Program-made: the position numbers and the translations under genes | The notes under the pieces: generated by a model | The model's database searches: none | What the model saw: only the letters and a program-made list of their open reading frames with translations | Told to the model about the DNA's origin: nothing | DNA from: Bdellovibrio sp. | GTDB lineage: Bacteria; Bdellovibrionota; Bdellovibrionia; Bdellovibrionales; Bdellovibrionaceae | Length of the DNA stretch: 57,228 bases | NCBI GenBank assembly: GCA_046318155.1 | Contig: JBKCUU010000023.1 | Coordinates: forward strand, 1 to 57,228 | Direction: 5' to 3' | In this document: positions 28,147 to 38,850 of the stretch, piece by piece | Position numbering within the stretch: the stretch's first letter is position 1 | Layout: each line of letters opens with the position of its first letter

Positions 28147-29355
28147 ATGTCTGTCGATACCATGCGTGTGATTGATTATTATATCGGGATCCCCCTTTGC
28201 ATGCTCGCAAGCGTTTGGCTGCGCTTGCTCAAATTTTTTAGTTTTGCGCGCATCGAAGCCGGTCCCCCCAAAAAAGTCGTGTTTCTCGAGTTGTCTGAAA
28301 TGGGGAGCGCCATCTTGGTCGACTCCGCTTTAAGGTGGACCAAGGCTCAAGGGGCTGAAATTTATTTTGTGATTTTTAAGCGCAATGTCGGGAGCCTCAG
28401 GCTACTGGGAACGGTTCCAGAAAAAAACTTGTTTCTGATTCGAGAAAACAACTTAATGCTCTTTGCCTGGGATTCCTTGCAGTATTTGCTTTGGTGCCGG
28501 CGCCATGACATCGACGCCATTGTCGATCTGGAGTTGTTCTCGCGGTACACCTCATTGCTGACCGCCTTTTCGGGTGCGCGCGAACGCATTGGCTTTCACG
28601 CCTTTCATAACGAAGGTCTTTATCGCGGCGAAGTGCTCACGCGCAAGGTTGCCTACAATCCGCACCTTCACATTGCAAAAAATTTTATGGCGTTGGTGAA
28701 ATCGCTGTTCGAAAAAACTGCCGACATTCCGTTTTATAAGGGCGAAATTTTAGATTCCGAAATCGTGGCGGCCCAAGCCCAGGTCACCGAGGCCTCTAAA
28801 GCTCGCGTGCTGGCGGCCATGGGTAAATACGTTGAGCGTCCCGAACAGGTGAAGTGGATCTTGCTCAATTGCGCGGGCGGGGAGTTCTTGCCCCAGCGCC
28901 GATGGCCTGTCGCTCACTACGCCAAGCTGGCGCAAATGATTTTGGACCGCCACCCCGGCACCAAAATTTTGCTGACCGGCTCTCCGCAGGAGCGCGAAGA
29001 GGTCGATCCCATTCGTGTCAAAGCCAGCCGCGAGGATGTGATCAACTTTGCTGGTGATATTTTGTTCGAAGATTTGACGGCGCTGTACACGCTCTCGCAC
29101 GTGATGATTACCAACGATTCGGGGCCTGCGCATTTTGCCAGCACAACAAAGATGCAAACCTTTGTGTTCTTTGGTCCCGAGACGCCCAAACTTTACGGTG
29201 CGCTGGGGAACTTTACACCGATCTCGGCCAATTTCGCGTGTTCGCCGTGTGTGACCGCCTTTAATCATCGCAAGACTCCTTGTGAAGACAACCGCTGCTT
29301 GCAGGTGATTACGCCCGAGCAGGTTTACGAGATGATCTTGCCGTGTCTCGCTTAA
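28147..29355 (+). CDS. Glycosyltransferase family 9 (heptosyltransferase-like)
   Basis: EMGS, RRWP, TNDSGPAH, FFGP, CSPC. Confidence 0.9.
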   Translation: MSVDTMRVIDYYIGIPLCMLASVWLRLLKFFSFARIEAGPPKKVVFLELSEMGSAILVDSALRWTKAQGAEIYFVIFKRNVGSLRLLGTVPEKNLFLIRENNLMLFAWDSLQYLLWCRRHDIDAIVDLELFSRYTSLLTAFSGARERIGFHAFHNEGLYRGEVLTRKVAYNPHLHIAKNFMALVKSLFEKTADIPFYKGEILDSEIVAAQAQVTEASKARVLAAMGKYVERPEQVKWILLNCAGGEFLPQRRWPVAHYAKLAQMILDRHPGTKILLTGSPQEREEVDPIRVKASREDVINFAGDILFEDLTALYTLSHVMITNDSGPAHFASTTKMQTFVFFGPETPKLYGALGNFTPISANFACSPCVTAFNHRKTPCEDNRCLQVITPEQVYEMILPCLA

Positions 29356-30752
29356 GTTTTATTTGTCTTTTGTTGCCGGCGATTTTGGCTTTGCTGGTGG
29401 CTTCAAGTTTTGGACTTGGTGTTGATGAAGCGCACTACATGCTTTATGCGCGGCACCTGGCTTTAAGTTATTTTGACCATCCACCGCTGGTGGGTTGGAC
29501 GCACTGGTTGTTCAATTTGGTTTTGGGTGAAACGCTTTTGTCCGCCAGGTTGCCGGCGATTTTGCTGGGTCTTGTCGCTCATTGGCAGCTCTTTGCTTTT
29601 TTACGGCGAATGGGGTTTTCAGAGAGTCATTCGCGGTGGGGGCTGGTGGCCGGCGGCTTGTGCTTTCAATTTTTTGTCTTGTTCTTGTTTTTGTTACCAG
29701 ACACTTTGTGCTTGGTTTTGTTCTGGCCCCTGCTTGCGGTCGCAGCTTCGCTGGCCGAGAAACCCTCGATCAAAAAGTGGCTTGGCTTGGGGCTTGTTTT
29801 GGGTTTGCTGGGCCTTGCAAAATACACGGCATTCTTTTTTGTTGTTCCCGTCGCGGTGGTGCTGATCCGGCGCCAGGGCTTTTCGTTTTTGCGTCAGCCC
29901 GGAGTTTATCTGGGGGCTTTGATCTCTTTGCTTTTGGTTTCGCCCGTTCTAATTTGGAATGCGCAGCAGGGCTGGGCCAGCTTTTTATACCAAGCCGGAC
30001 ACGTCGCGACCGGCAGCGAGGGCTTCTCGGGATTTTTAAGATCCTGGGTTTTACAGTGGGCCCTTTACTCACCTTTTTTGTGGGGCTTTTCAATCTGGGG
30101 CTTTTTGCATTTGCGAAAGCGCCAAGACGCGCGGGCTGAATTTGCGTTTTGGTCGGCCGCCACCTTTGGTGCCTTTTTCTTATGGAGTGCTTGGCAGCAA
30201 ACGGTGCTTCCGCATTGGCCCGCGCTGTTTTATTTTTTGACCATTCCCGTTGGGATCGCACGGGCCCTTGAAACCAAGTGGCGGACCCTCGCGGTTGCCA
30301 TGACGGGCCTCACCGCCGCCTGTGTGTTGGCCGTGGTTGTGTTGATGTCCACTGGGCTTGGGTTTCGCATCCCCAATGCCTTAAAAGAGGTTGGCGGTTG
30401 GCCGCAAGTCATGCGTGAGGCCGATCAACGGTTAAACTCAGAGAATGAACGCCTTGCTTTTTTGAATTGGACCTACGGCAGCCGCGCGCTTTATTATGGG
30501 CGCGCGATCGAGAACCGGATTGTGATTGTTGATGACCGCCAAGATCAATTTGATCTTTGGAACCCTGAGGATTGGACGGGGCGAGATTTGTGGGTCACCC
30601 AGTTCTCTTATGATTGGAAAGACCCTTTGTCGGTTTTGGCCTGCGACAGCTTGTCTGAAAAACAGCAAAGCCCTGTTTTTGTTAAAGGGTCTGAGCTGTA
30701 TCAGGTTATTTTTCAGCGTTGCGCGAATGCGCGCCCTGCGTTGAAGCTCTAA
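29343..30752 (+). CDS. Glycosyltransferase family 39 / ArnT-like GT-C
   Basis: DEAHY, YFDHPP, LAKYT, P.LIWN, many TMs. Confidence 0.88.
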   Translation: MSRLSFICLLLPAILALLVASSFGLGVDEAHYMLYARHLALSYFDHPPLVGWTHWLFNLVLGETLLSARLPAILLGLVAHWQLFAFLRRMGFSESHSRWGLVAGGLCFQFFVLFLFLLPDTLCLVLFWPLLAVAASLAEKPSIKKWLGLGLVLGLLGLAKYTAFFFVVPVAVVLIRRQGFSFLRQPGVYLGALISLLLVSPVLIWNAQQGWASFLYQAGHVATGSEGFSGFLRSWVLQWALYSPFLWGFSIWGFLHLRKRQDARAEFAFWSAATFGAFFLWSAWQQTVLPHWPALFYFLTIPVGIARALETKWRTLAVAMTGLTAACVLAVVVLMSTGLGFRIPNALKEVGGWPQVMREADQRLNSENERLAFLNWTYGSRALYYGRAIENRIVIVDDRQDQFDLWNPEDWTGRDLWVTQFSYDWKDPLSVLACDSLSEKQQSPVFVKGSELYQVIFQRCANARPALKL

Positions 30753-30762
30753 TCAGACCTGA

Positions 30763-32313
30763 TTACGGGGTTTTGACTTTCATCACTTTGATCAACAAGC
30801 CGCCATTCTTGCGAATCTGAAAAGAATCGGCTTCTGAAAGAACGCGCTCGCTCGGACGGATCGTCCATTGGCCTTCAAGGGTTCGTTCAAACACGATGTC
30901 GGGTCCCTTTGCCTTTACACCATTGATCAAAATCGACAACGCATTCAAGTCTTCTTTGGCGTTCAAAACGATGGGCGAGAACTGAAGCGCGTCTTTAAGC
31001 GAAGCGTACTGGAAGCTCACGTCGATTTTAGCCCCTTTCACCGGGGGCACCAGGAACACAAGTGATCCGGCGACCACCGAGTAACCCTCGTCAATTTCGT
31101 TGCCGTTGACCTTCACACGCAAGGAGCCCGGGAGGATGGCTTTATCTGATAGTTTCCACGACTTGATGTACTCAGGTCGCCCCGAAGGAATGTTGGACTG
31201 TTTGGTTTGCGAAACGATGGTAGCCGTTAGGCCAGAGCGGAGGGTGACTTTGATCTCACGTTTGCTGAGCTCAAGGGTCGGATCCAAGCCAGGCACCGTA
31301 TCGGCCGTGTATTGAGCAAGGTACGTTGTTTTCACGCGCGAGATGATGCGGTTTAAGATGGTATCAAGTGTGATCGAGCCGTTGATCAGGTTGTTAAACA
31401 AGAAGAACTCGCCACCAGAGGCCTCAACGAGGCCCGCTTGGCCCGAAAATTTTTTGTCGTAACCCGCGAGACTCGGGGTTGCGGCGAAGATTTTCATTTG
31501 TGATGTTTGGACCGCGGCCAAAACTTCGTTCCAACGCGGAGCCAGGTTGCCGACCGAGCCGGCATTGCCAGGCGAGTACAAGAACCCATCATCTGTGATC
31601 AAGATCATAAAACGCTGCGACGTTTCGCCCCATGGAGCGGCCGCCGAATCGATCACGGCGCGCATGGGGTTCTCGTTAAAGTCACTTCCGCCTGGATCCT
31701 CGGCACCTTTTAAAGCGCGGAGTTTGGTGATCTCAGAGATCAACTCTTGCACTTGCGTCTCGGTCGCGGGATCAGCGGGGTTGTTGTCATAAAACTTGTT
31801 ACATTTTTGCACGGTGTAATCACCAAAAGTCACCAAGCACATACGGGTGTGGTAGCCACGGGCTCGGGTACTATTGACGAAATTGATCAAACGGGTTTTT
31901 GCCGACTCGATTGTGGGAGTCATCGAGCCCGTCACGTCAACAGCAAAGACGATGTCAACAGTTTGGACAATACTTTGCGAATTCGAAGACAAAACAAAGT
32001 CATTCACGGTGATGCCATTTTCGGTCAGGTTCAGATCTGACCTTCGCAGATCATTCACATACGTGCCGTCAGCGAGCTGGACCTGAAAACTGGTCGAGGT
32101 GCGATTTTCATCCAAGTTGGATTGTTCAAAAACTGTCGAAGAATCAGAAAGCTTAAAAAAGTTCGACGAAACGTCATTATTTAGAGGGTCTGGCAAATCA
32201 ACGATCGAATCCCCGTCGAGATTCTCAAACTTCTGCGGCGCACACGCACAAAGGAAGGCAACACTCAAGAGAGTCAGCAGGACGTGTTTGTTGTTGATGA
32301 TCGCGCCTGTCAT
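30763..32313 (-). CDS. vWA-domain lipoprotein
   Basis: Lipobox LCAC; MIDAS DVTGS; ITDD. Confidence 0.8.
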   Translation of the reverse strand: MTGAIINNKHVLLTLLSVAFLCACAPQKFENLDGDSIVDLPDPLNNDVSSNFFKLSDSSTVFEQSNLDENRTSTSFQVQLADGTYVNDLRRSDLNLTENGITVNDFVLSSNSQSIVQTVDIVFAVDVTGSMTPTIESAKTRLINFVNSTRARGYHTRMCLVTFGDYTVQKCNKFYDNNPADPATETQVQELISEITKLRALKGAEDPGGSDFNENPMRAVIDSAAAPWGETSQRFMILITDDGFLYSPGNAGSVGNLAPRWNEVLAAVQTSQMKIFAATPSLAGYDKKFSGQAGLVEASGGEFFLFNNLINGSITLDTILNRIISRVKTTYLAQYTADTVPGLDPTLELSKREIKVTLRSGLTATIVSQTKQSNIPSGRPEYIKSWKLSDKAILPGSLRVKVNGNEIDEGYSVVAGSLVFLVPPVKGAKIDVSFQYASLKDALQFSPIVLNAKEDLNALSILINGVKAKGPDIVFERTLEGQWTIRPSERVLSEADSFQIRKNGGLLIKVMKVKTP

Positions 32314-32541
32314 GTGAAGCCCCCTACGAGTAAGGGATGCAAATCCATGCCAAACTAGACCTTGTTTGCAAAACGAGAATGAACTCGGAGACTTAAATCT
32401 GTTTTCTCAAGACGAGAATGTTTTGTTTTGTGAAATCAGTTTTGACGAACCAAGCAGATCAATCAGAAATCGCTGAATTTTTAAGGGTGCCGGCACGGTT
32501 GGGCCCATTTTTTTAAAAATCCTCAGGAGCAAGGTGCGCCT

Positions 32542-33513
32542 TTAGTCGAGTCTCAGGTGCTTTGCCGCCTCAAGGGCCGCATAAGTAAAAATCAAATCTG
32601 CCCCGGCTCGGCGGATGCTCAAAAGACATTCGAGCATAACAGAATCGCCATTGATCCATTGATGAGCCGCCGCCGCTTTGATCATCGCAAATTCGCCGCT
32701 CACTTGATAGGCCGCGATTGGCAAGTCGCAGACTTCGTGCAAATCACGGATGATATCAAGGTAGGCAAGGGCGGGTTTGACCATCAGAATGTCGGCGCCC
32801 TCATTCGAATCAAGGCGTGCTTCGCGCAAGGCCTCTCGGCGGTTGGCGGGGTCCATTTGGTAGGTTTTTTTATCACCAAAGCGGGGAGCCGAATCCAAAG
32901 CCTCGCGAAAAGGGCCGTAAAACGAAGAGGCATACTTCGCGCAATAAGAGATGATGCCGGTTTCAGTAAAACCGCTCTCATCCAAGGCCTGGCGAATGGC
33001 ACCGATGCGGCCGTCCATCATATCGCTGGGAGCCACAAAGTCCGCGCCCGCTTGCGCTTGCATGAGCGCTTGCTTGCACAAAACAGCCACCGTTTCATCA
33101 TTGAGAATGATGCCATCTTTGACGATGCCGTCGTGGCCATCAGAAGAGTAGGGGTCCAGCGCAACGTCGGTGATGACAACCAAGGACGGGAACTTTTTCT
33201 TGATCTCGCCAACGCAAGTAGGAACAAGGCCCTTGGGATTCCAAGACTCATCACCGAGAGAGTTTTTCTTGGCGTCAGCAACGACCGGAAACAGCGCGAT
33301 CCCGGCAACACCGAGACTGACCGCTTGCTCGCAGACCTTGAGCAGTTGATCCAGACTCAGGCGCGATTGTCCCGGCATCGATTGAATCGGATCGGCTTTG
33401 CCTTGGCCTTCTTGAACAAAGACCGGGTAAATAAAATGCGCCGGCGACAGATGCGTCTCGCGCAAGCTGGTCCGCAAAGTTTCAGAGCGTCGGTTGCGCC
33501 GAGGTCGTTCCAT
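32542..33513 (-). CDS. hemB: Porphobilinogen synthase
   Basis: RPRR.R, DVALDPY, PSDMMDGR, MVKP, YQVSGE. Confidence 0.97.
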   Translation of the reverse strand: MERPRRNRRSETLRTSLRETHLSPAHFIYPVFVQEGQGKADPIQSMPGQSRLSLDQLLKVCEQAVSLGVAGIALFPVVADAKKNSLGDESWNPKGLVPTCVGEIKKKFPSLVVITDVALDPYSSDGHDGIVKDGIILNDETVAVLCKQALMQAQAGADFVAPSDMMDGRIGAIRQALDESGFTETGIISYCAKYASSFYGPFREALDSAPRFGDKKTYQMDPANRREALREARLDSNEGADILMVKPALAYLDIIRDLHEVCDLPIAAYQVSGEFAMIKAAAAHQWINGDSVMLECLLSIRRAGADLIFTYAALEAAKHLRLD

Positions 33514-34528
33514 TTGTCATCTCCTGCAATTGATTGATCAAGTACCTACCAAGTTGATCCACCCAGTAGGGCTCTGAGTTCAGACACATCACGCGGCACC
33601 AGTCTTGCCCGCCCTCATGATTAAAGACTTCGCGCAGTTCAACGTCCATCTCTTCCATCGTCTCGAGGCAGTCGGCCGAAAAGCCGGGGGCCACCAGAGT
33701 TAGATTTTTTTTGCCCTGGCGTGTGAGTTCACGGATTTTATCAACGGTTGAGGGGAGCAGCCAGCGCGCCCGTCCCAGGCGGGATTGAAAACTCAGGCTC
33801 CAATCACCAGGACTTAAAGATAAGCGCTGAGCGAGCGCTTCTGCCGTCTCGGTGCACTGGCGTTTGTAGCACATGACATCGCCGGATTTTTGGCAATAGT
33901 CATGCTGAACGCAGGTGTCGCAGCCGGGGTGATTTTCGGTGACATGAGCTTCAGGAATACCGTGAAAAGTAAAGACCAAGTGCGACCCCGCGTGCCATTT
34001 TTCGCGAATCATTTTAGTGACCGAGTCCAAATAGAAATCTTGGTTATGGTACGACTTGATAAAGCGCACGTTTTCAAAACGCTCCCACACACGCAGGCGG
34101 CGCAGCTCGGTCTCACTAGTGCGCTGAGTGCTGGTCGCATACTGTGGGTAGAGCGGCAAAATAAAAAGGTTGTTAAAACCGAGGCTTTGAATTTCTTTGA
34201 GCGTTTCTTCAAAGCTGGGATTCCCGTAGCGAAAGGCGCTAAAGACGTTCAAGCCAGTAAAGCTCATTTGCAGATCACTCACCAAATCTTGGGTGTGAAA
34301 AGCCAAGGGCGATCCACGCGGAGTCCAAATTTTTTGATAAAGAGCGGCCGACTTTGATTTTCGAAACGGCACGATTATGCCGCGAACAAGAAACTGACGA
34401 AACGCCCACGGACCCGTGATCACTTCGGGATCGAGCAAAAACTGGGTCAAGTAGCGGCCCACGGCACTGGGGTTTGGTGCCTCGGGAGTTCCTAGATTTA
34501 AAAGCAGAACGGCGGTGTCTTGGTTCAT
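33482..34528 (-). CDS. hemH: Ferrochelatase
   Basis: LLLNLGTP, PLYPQY, FHG, FQSR, DCLET.EE. Confidence 0.95.
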   Translation of the reverse strand: MNQDTAVLLLNLGTPEAPNPSAVGRYLTQFLLDPEVITGPWAFRQFLVRGIIVPFRKSKSAALYQKIWTPRGSPLAFHTQDLVSDLQMSFTGLNVFSAFRYGNPSFEETLKEIQSLGFNNLFILPLYPQYATSTQRTSETELRRLRVWERFENVRFIKSYHNQDFYLDSVTKMIREKWHAGSHLVFTFHGIPEAHVTENHPGCDTCVQHDYCQKSGDVMCYKRQCTETAEALAQRLSLSPGDWSLSFQSRLGRARWLLPSTVDKIRELTRQGKKNLTLVAPGFSADCLETMEEMDVELREVFNHEGGQDWCRVMCLNSEPYWVDQLGRYLINQLQEMTNGTTSAQPTL

Positions 34529-35802
34529 ACCAAAGCTCCCTGAATGATCGGTGTTGAGGGGGGCACATTGCGAGCGGATTGGGTCTTGATTTGTGCGGCC
34601 AACAATTTTGCTTGGTGGGCCAGACTGGTGAGCCCAATATCACCCAACTCATTACCGATCAGAAATATCTTTTTCTCTTGAAGTGCGTCTTGCTCGGTGC
34701 GGAGTTTAGCGAGCCGCGTTTCGTGCTCCGGACTATAAATCGGCAAGACATGCGGCCACTCGGTTTTGCGCCAGCTTAAGGCGGAACCGGTCAGTCCCAA
34801 ACGCCGACGCTCAGCTGTAACAATGAATCGCATCTCGGCTTCCGACGAAAACGCACGGTCAAAGATCCACGTTTCGGATTGGTGCGTGCTTCGGCTCGCA
34901 AAAATTTGATCATTAAACAAAACGCCGGCCGCTTCCCAATGATAATCAGGATGAAACAAAATTCCAAAACCGGGATACGGATGCGGCTCGTTTTTGGCAA
35001 AGTGAGCGGTCACACTCGTCAGCGAAGTCGCCATCATTTTGTCATACAGACTTGAGCTTGCGGGCGAAACCGAACTCAAAAGTGCCGCCTTGCTTTTGCG
35101 TGTTGAGGCTAAAACGACAAATCCCTTCGGCAACGCGGTGATTTCTTGCGCGCGCAGCTCGGCGCCATGTGCTCGCAGGTAATTGGTGAGCCCCGTGATC
35201 CAGGCTTGCATCCCGCCTTCGGGCGCCACCGAGCCTTTGGTTTTAAAGCCTCGGCCCTCAAGCAGAGGCCGCAAAAGCAAAGAGGCTGACAGACGGTCAG
35301 CGGGAACGCCCCACACACCGCGCGTGGCGGCTTTTAAAATTCGCAAAGAGAACTCGAGGCCTAGCACGCGTGCGCCCCATTGGCTGAGGACTTCATGAGG
35401 ATGGGGACGGTGTTGGCGTTTGATTTTAGCCAGAAGAAAACGTGCGATCACCGGCACGATCATTCTAAAGTTCAGGGTTTCGGGTTTTTCGAGGGCAACA
35501 TAACGTTTCTTGGCGCTCGGCTTTGCACGAAAAAGTGGAACACCGATATCGCGGCTGACTGCTTCAAGCTCGCTCGTCCATAGCAAAGCATTGGCCGCTT
35601 CTTCGACCAAGCCTTCGGGTGTTTGATGAGAGTGCAAAAGCCCGCCCCAGCGTTGGCTTTCATAAACAGTTACGCTCATGCCTTGTTTCAAGCAGTAGTA
35701 AGCGGTCATCAGTCCTGAAAAGCCGCCGCCCACGATGTGAACCAGCGGCTGTACTTTGTCTGTCATCTCGTCTCTCACATCGCAATTCAGATTGTCTCTC
35801 AT
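34525..35802 (-). CDS. hemG: FAD-dependent protoporphyrinogen oxidase (HemY/HemG type)
   Basis: IVGGGFSGL, GG....E.AAN, GFG.L; position in the heme operon. Confidence 0.8.
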   Translation of the reverse strand: MRDNLNCDVRDEMTDKVQPLVHIVGGGFSGLMTAYYCLKQGMSVTVYESQRWGGLLHSHQTPEGLVEEAANALLWTSELEAVSRDIGVPLFRAKPSAKKRYVALEKPETLNFRMIVPVIARFLLAKIKRQHRPHPHEVLSQWGARVLGLEFSLRILKAATRGVWGVPADRLSASLLLRPLLEGRGFKTKGSVAPEGGMQAWITGLTNYLRAHGAELRAQEITALPKGFVVLASTRKSKAALLSSVSPASSSLYDKMMATSLTSVTAHFAKNEPHPYPGFGILFHPDYHWEAAGVLFNDQIFASRSTHQSETWIFDRAFSSEAEMRFIVTAERRRLGLTGSALSWRKTEWPHVLPIYSPEHETRLAKLRTEQDALQEKKIFLIGNELGDIGLTSLAHQAKLLAAQIKTQSARNVPPSTPIIQGALV

Positions 35803-37154
35803 ATTGACTGAGAAAAAATCCGGGTTTCAGGTTGTGAAGAAAAAAATCGGCGGTCAAAAGCCAAACACAAGTTGCGCAAAAAGGGACGGCCGTCAGGCAA
35901 GATTTCAACCTTGTCGCCGTCAACTCGCGCGAGTCCATCCTTGAGGAGCTCTTGCATCCGCTCGAGGATCACGGTTTGATCCTTATCTCCTTTGAGTGAT
36001 GTTTCTCCGCGAGTCATCAACTCTAAAATCTGCTGACGCGCCTGCCGGTCTTCGTCTGTCAGAACGTGACCGCGAAACGGTGCGAAGCCCGTTTGATCAA
36101 TCATCGCTTCAAACTTTGGCAAAATCTTTTCGTTCTGAAAAAACATATGGGGTGATTCCGAGATCGCGCTCACGCCCAACCCGAGCAGGACATCTGTGCG
36201 TTGATCGGTGTAACCCATAAAATTGCGATGTAAAGTTTTGTTGTTCGCAGATTTTGCGAGCTCGTCTTGAGGCAAAGCAAAGTGATCCATGCCGATGTCT
36301 AAGTAACCCTCGGCCAAGAGCATTTCGCGGGCTTTTTCATACAAGTCGCGTTTCTCCTCTCCTTTCGGGAGATCTTCGTCTTTAAACAAACGTTGGCCCG
36401 GTTTAATCCAAGGCACCAGTGCAAAGCTGTAAAGGGCGATGCGGTCCGGACGCAGCTGCGCGGTTTTTTCGATCATCGCCTGGATCGTCGCGCTCGTTTG
36501 CCTTGGAAGACCATAGATCAAATCAAAATTGACGCTGGTAAAGCCCAAGCGCCGTGAGTCATCCGTGATGAGTTTTGTTTGCTCATAGCTTTGCTCGCGG
36601 TGAATCAAGCGCTGCACCTCGGGATCAAAATCCTGTACCCCAAGGCTCACCCGGTTAAAGCCAAACTCGCGCAATACTTCAAGCTGAGAAGCCCGCGTAC
36701 GGCGAGGATCCACCTCGATGGAACCCTCAAAGTGCGAATCTCTTTTGAAATCGACGAGCAAGTTCTGCAGCAGATTTCGTAACTGCTCTTCAGATAAGAA
36801 CGTGGGCGTACCGCCGCCTAAATGCAGTTGGCTTAAAGCTCGCTCGCGAAAGTCAGGAGCGGCATTTAGGTAGGCATCTTTTTCTTTGAGTAGCCGTGCA
36901 ACATAAGGATTCTCGAGTTTGTGATTTTTTGTGATCGTGGTGTTGCACCCACAGAACGTACAGAGCGTTTCGCAATAGGGAATGTGCAAATACATCGACC
37001 ACTTGCTGGCGGGATTTTTTAAAGTTTGGCGCAGGCTTCCCAACCATGAATCGAGCGTGGGGATTTCGCTCCAATAGGGGACCGTGGGGTAACTCGTATA
37101 CCGAGGAGCGGGGATGTCGTATTTTTTGAACAGCGCTGTGGGCGATCGGTTCAT
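35799..37154 (-). CDS. hemN: Oxygen-independent coproporphyrinogen III oxidase
   Basis: PRYTSYPT, CETLCTFCGC, GGGTPT, IGMDHF, RNFMGY; ATGA overlap with hemE. Confidence 0.95.
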   Translation of the reverse strand: MNRSPTALFKKYDIPAPRYTSYPTVPYWSEIPTLDSWLGSLRQTLKNPASKWSMYLHIPYCETLCTFCGCNTTITKNHKLENPYVARLLKEKDAYLNAAPDFRERALSQLHLGGGTPTFLSEEQLRNLLQNLLVDFKRDSHFEGSIEVDPRRTRASQLEVLREFGFNRVSLGVQDFDPEVQRLIHREQSYEQTKLITDDSRRLGFTSVNFDLIYGLPRQTSATIQAMIEKTAQLRPDRIALYSFALVPWIKPGQRLFKDEDLPKGEEKRDLYEKAREMLLAEGYLDIGMDHFALPQDELAKSANNKTLHRNFMGYTDQRTDVLLGLGVSAISESPHMFFQNEKILPKFEAMIDQTGFAPFRGHVLTDEDRQARQQILELMTRGETSLKGDKDQTVILERMQELLKDGLARVDGDKVEILPDGRPFLRNLCLAFDRRFFSSQPETRIFSQSI

Positions 37155-38188
37155 GATGAAACCTCCAGGCAGCTTTGGCGCATCCATTTGACAAAGTAGC
37201 GCACATTTTCTTCGGGTGTGGGCGGTAAGAGTCCATGGCCCAGGCCGCACACCCAGCCATCCCACTCTTGCGCTTTTTTAAAGTTCAAAGATTTCCACCA
37301 CTGTTCGAGCTGCGTTTTAAATTGATCGTGCGGCAGAATGATCAACTCAGGGTCAAAGTTCCCTTGTAAAAAACCAGGTGAGTCTTGCAGCAAGGGTTTG
37401 AGCGGTAAACGGTGATCAACACCGCAGCCTGCGAGCTCGGGGATCTCGCGCTGAATCAGGCGCATGGCCTCGCTCGAGATGCCTTTGGCATAATAGCCCA
37501 GGCGTTTCGGAAACTGCTTGGCTAAAACTTTGAGTGGCTTGATGACTTTGGCTTGAAGCTCTTCAAACGCGAGCTCTCCCGAAGCGGTATCAAGAACCAT
37601 CACGACTTCGGCACCGCCATCAAACTGCAATTGAATGTTTTGGCTGAGTAAAGGCACAAACAATTCTTCAAATCCCGACCACATTTGCGGAGCTGCGAGC
37701 TTTGCTTCGCGAATACCATTTTTGTGCGTGCCTTGCGTCGCAAAGGTAAACAAAGTCCAAGGACCACCGACAAAACCGATCAGGCTTTTTTCTGAAGGCA
37801 GTGCTTTGCGAGTTTCGCTCATCGCCTCTTTTTGAAAAAGCATGTCCTGAATGGCTTTATCCACGGGGGGCGCATTCTTTAAAGTCTGCAAATTCATGGG
37901 GCTTCGAAGCTTGGGTCCGCCAAACTCTTCAAACACCAAATCCACACCCATCGCCATGAGCGGAAACAAAATATCGCTAAACAGAATGGCGATATCAAAA
38001 TCAAAATCTTCAATTGGACCCATGGCCACTTCGGCGGCAAGCTTTGGTGACAAACACAGCTGCGAAAAGCTATAGGTTTTTTTTAAGTTTTGATAATGTG
38101 AGTGGTAGCGGCCCGCTTGGCGCATCATCCAGATCGGCGGAGCGGCGTTGGTTCTTCGATTTAAAGCATTCACAAATTTTTGGTTCAT
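37151..38188 (-). CDS. hemE: Uroporphyrinogen decarboxylase
   Basis: PIWMMRQAGRY, ILFSDIL, QGN.DP, LGHG. Confidence 0.96.
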   Translation of the reverse strand: MNQKFVNALNRRTNAAPPIWMMRQAGRYHSHYQNLKKTYSFSQLCLSPKLAAEVAMGPIEDFDFDIAILFSDILFPLMAMGVDLVFEEFGGPKLRSPMNLQTLKNAPPVDKAIQDMLFQKEAMSETRKALPSEKSLIGFVGGPWTLFTFATQGTHKNGIREAKLAAPQMWSGFEELFVPLLSQNIQLQFDGGAEVVMVLDTASGELAFEELQAKVIKPLKVLAKQFPKRLGYYAKGISSEAMRLIQREIPELAGCGVDHRLPLKPLLQDSPGFLQGNFDPELIILPHDQFKTQLEQWWKSLNFKKAQEWDGWVCGLGHGLLPPTPEENVRYFVKWMRQSCLEVSS

Positions 38189-38850
38189 TCATACACCCAC
38201 TGGTAACCAAGGCCACGCACCGACCGGATCAAAAGTCCCTGTTCGTCGCGAAGGGCTTGTCTTAGTCTTAAAATTGAGTTGTCCACGGTTCGGTGGCTCG
38301 GAAACGCTTCAAAACCCCACACCTGATCTAAAATGTCATCACGGGTGACGGGCTTACCGCTGTTCTTGATCAGCATTTGCAGAACTTGAAAATCACGGTT
38401 GGCCAAAAAAGTCATTTGGCCACCGTTACTTTGAAAACACATTTTCTCAAGATCAAGCAAACCTTGAGGCAGCTTGATCTGGCTGGCGCCTTGATGGTTT
38501 TGTAAAACGTGATTGAGGCGCAGCAAGAGTTCGCGAAAGTGAAAGGGCTTGGGGATAAATTCTTCGGCGCCGATCTCGTAGCCCTCGAGGCGATTTTCAG
38601 CGGTATTCCACGCCGTCAGAAAAATAATCGGGAGTGCGCTTTTTTGCTTAATCTCCCTGGCGAGATCAAACCCCGAGCCATCGGGAAGTCCGACATCTAA
38701 GATGACCAGATCTGGTTTGAGTGCCGGCAGGTTTTCGCGAGCCCCAGCTAAAGACTGCGCCCAGGTTATAGCAAAGGCTTCAGCCTTCAGTCGTTCGACT
38801 AAGCTTGAACCCAAAGACGCGTCATCCTCGACCAAGAGCAGTTTCTTCAT
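38185..38850 (-). CDS. OmpR-family response regulator
   Basis: VEDD, LDV.LPDGSG, FLTA, KPF, RTVD..I.RLR, SVRG.GY. Confidence 0.93.
   Translation of the reverse strand: MKKLLLVEDDASLGSSLVERLKAEAFAITWAQSLAGARENLPALKPDLVILDVGLPDGSGFDLAREIKQKSALPIIFLTAWNTAENRLEGYEIGAEEFIPKPFHFRELLLRLNHVLQNHQGASQIKLPQGLLDLEKMCFQSNGGQMTFLANRDFQVLQMLIKNSGKPVTRDDILDQVWGFEAFPSHRTVDNSILRLRQALRDEQGLLIRSVRGLGYQWVYE

Noticed and set aside
32337..32354. Sigma54-like TTGGCATGGATTTGCA upstream of the vWA gene (minus strand)
   Set aside because: GG-to-GC spacing is 9 nt rather than the required 10.
32557..33537. 326-aa ORF antisense to hemB and other long shadow ORFs
   Set aside because: Opposite strand of well-conserved genes, with no recognisable motifs.
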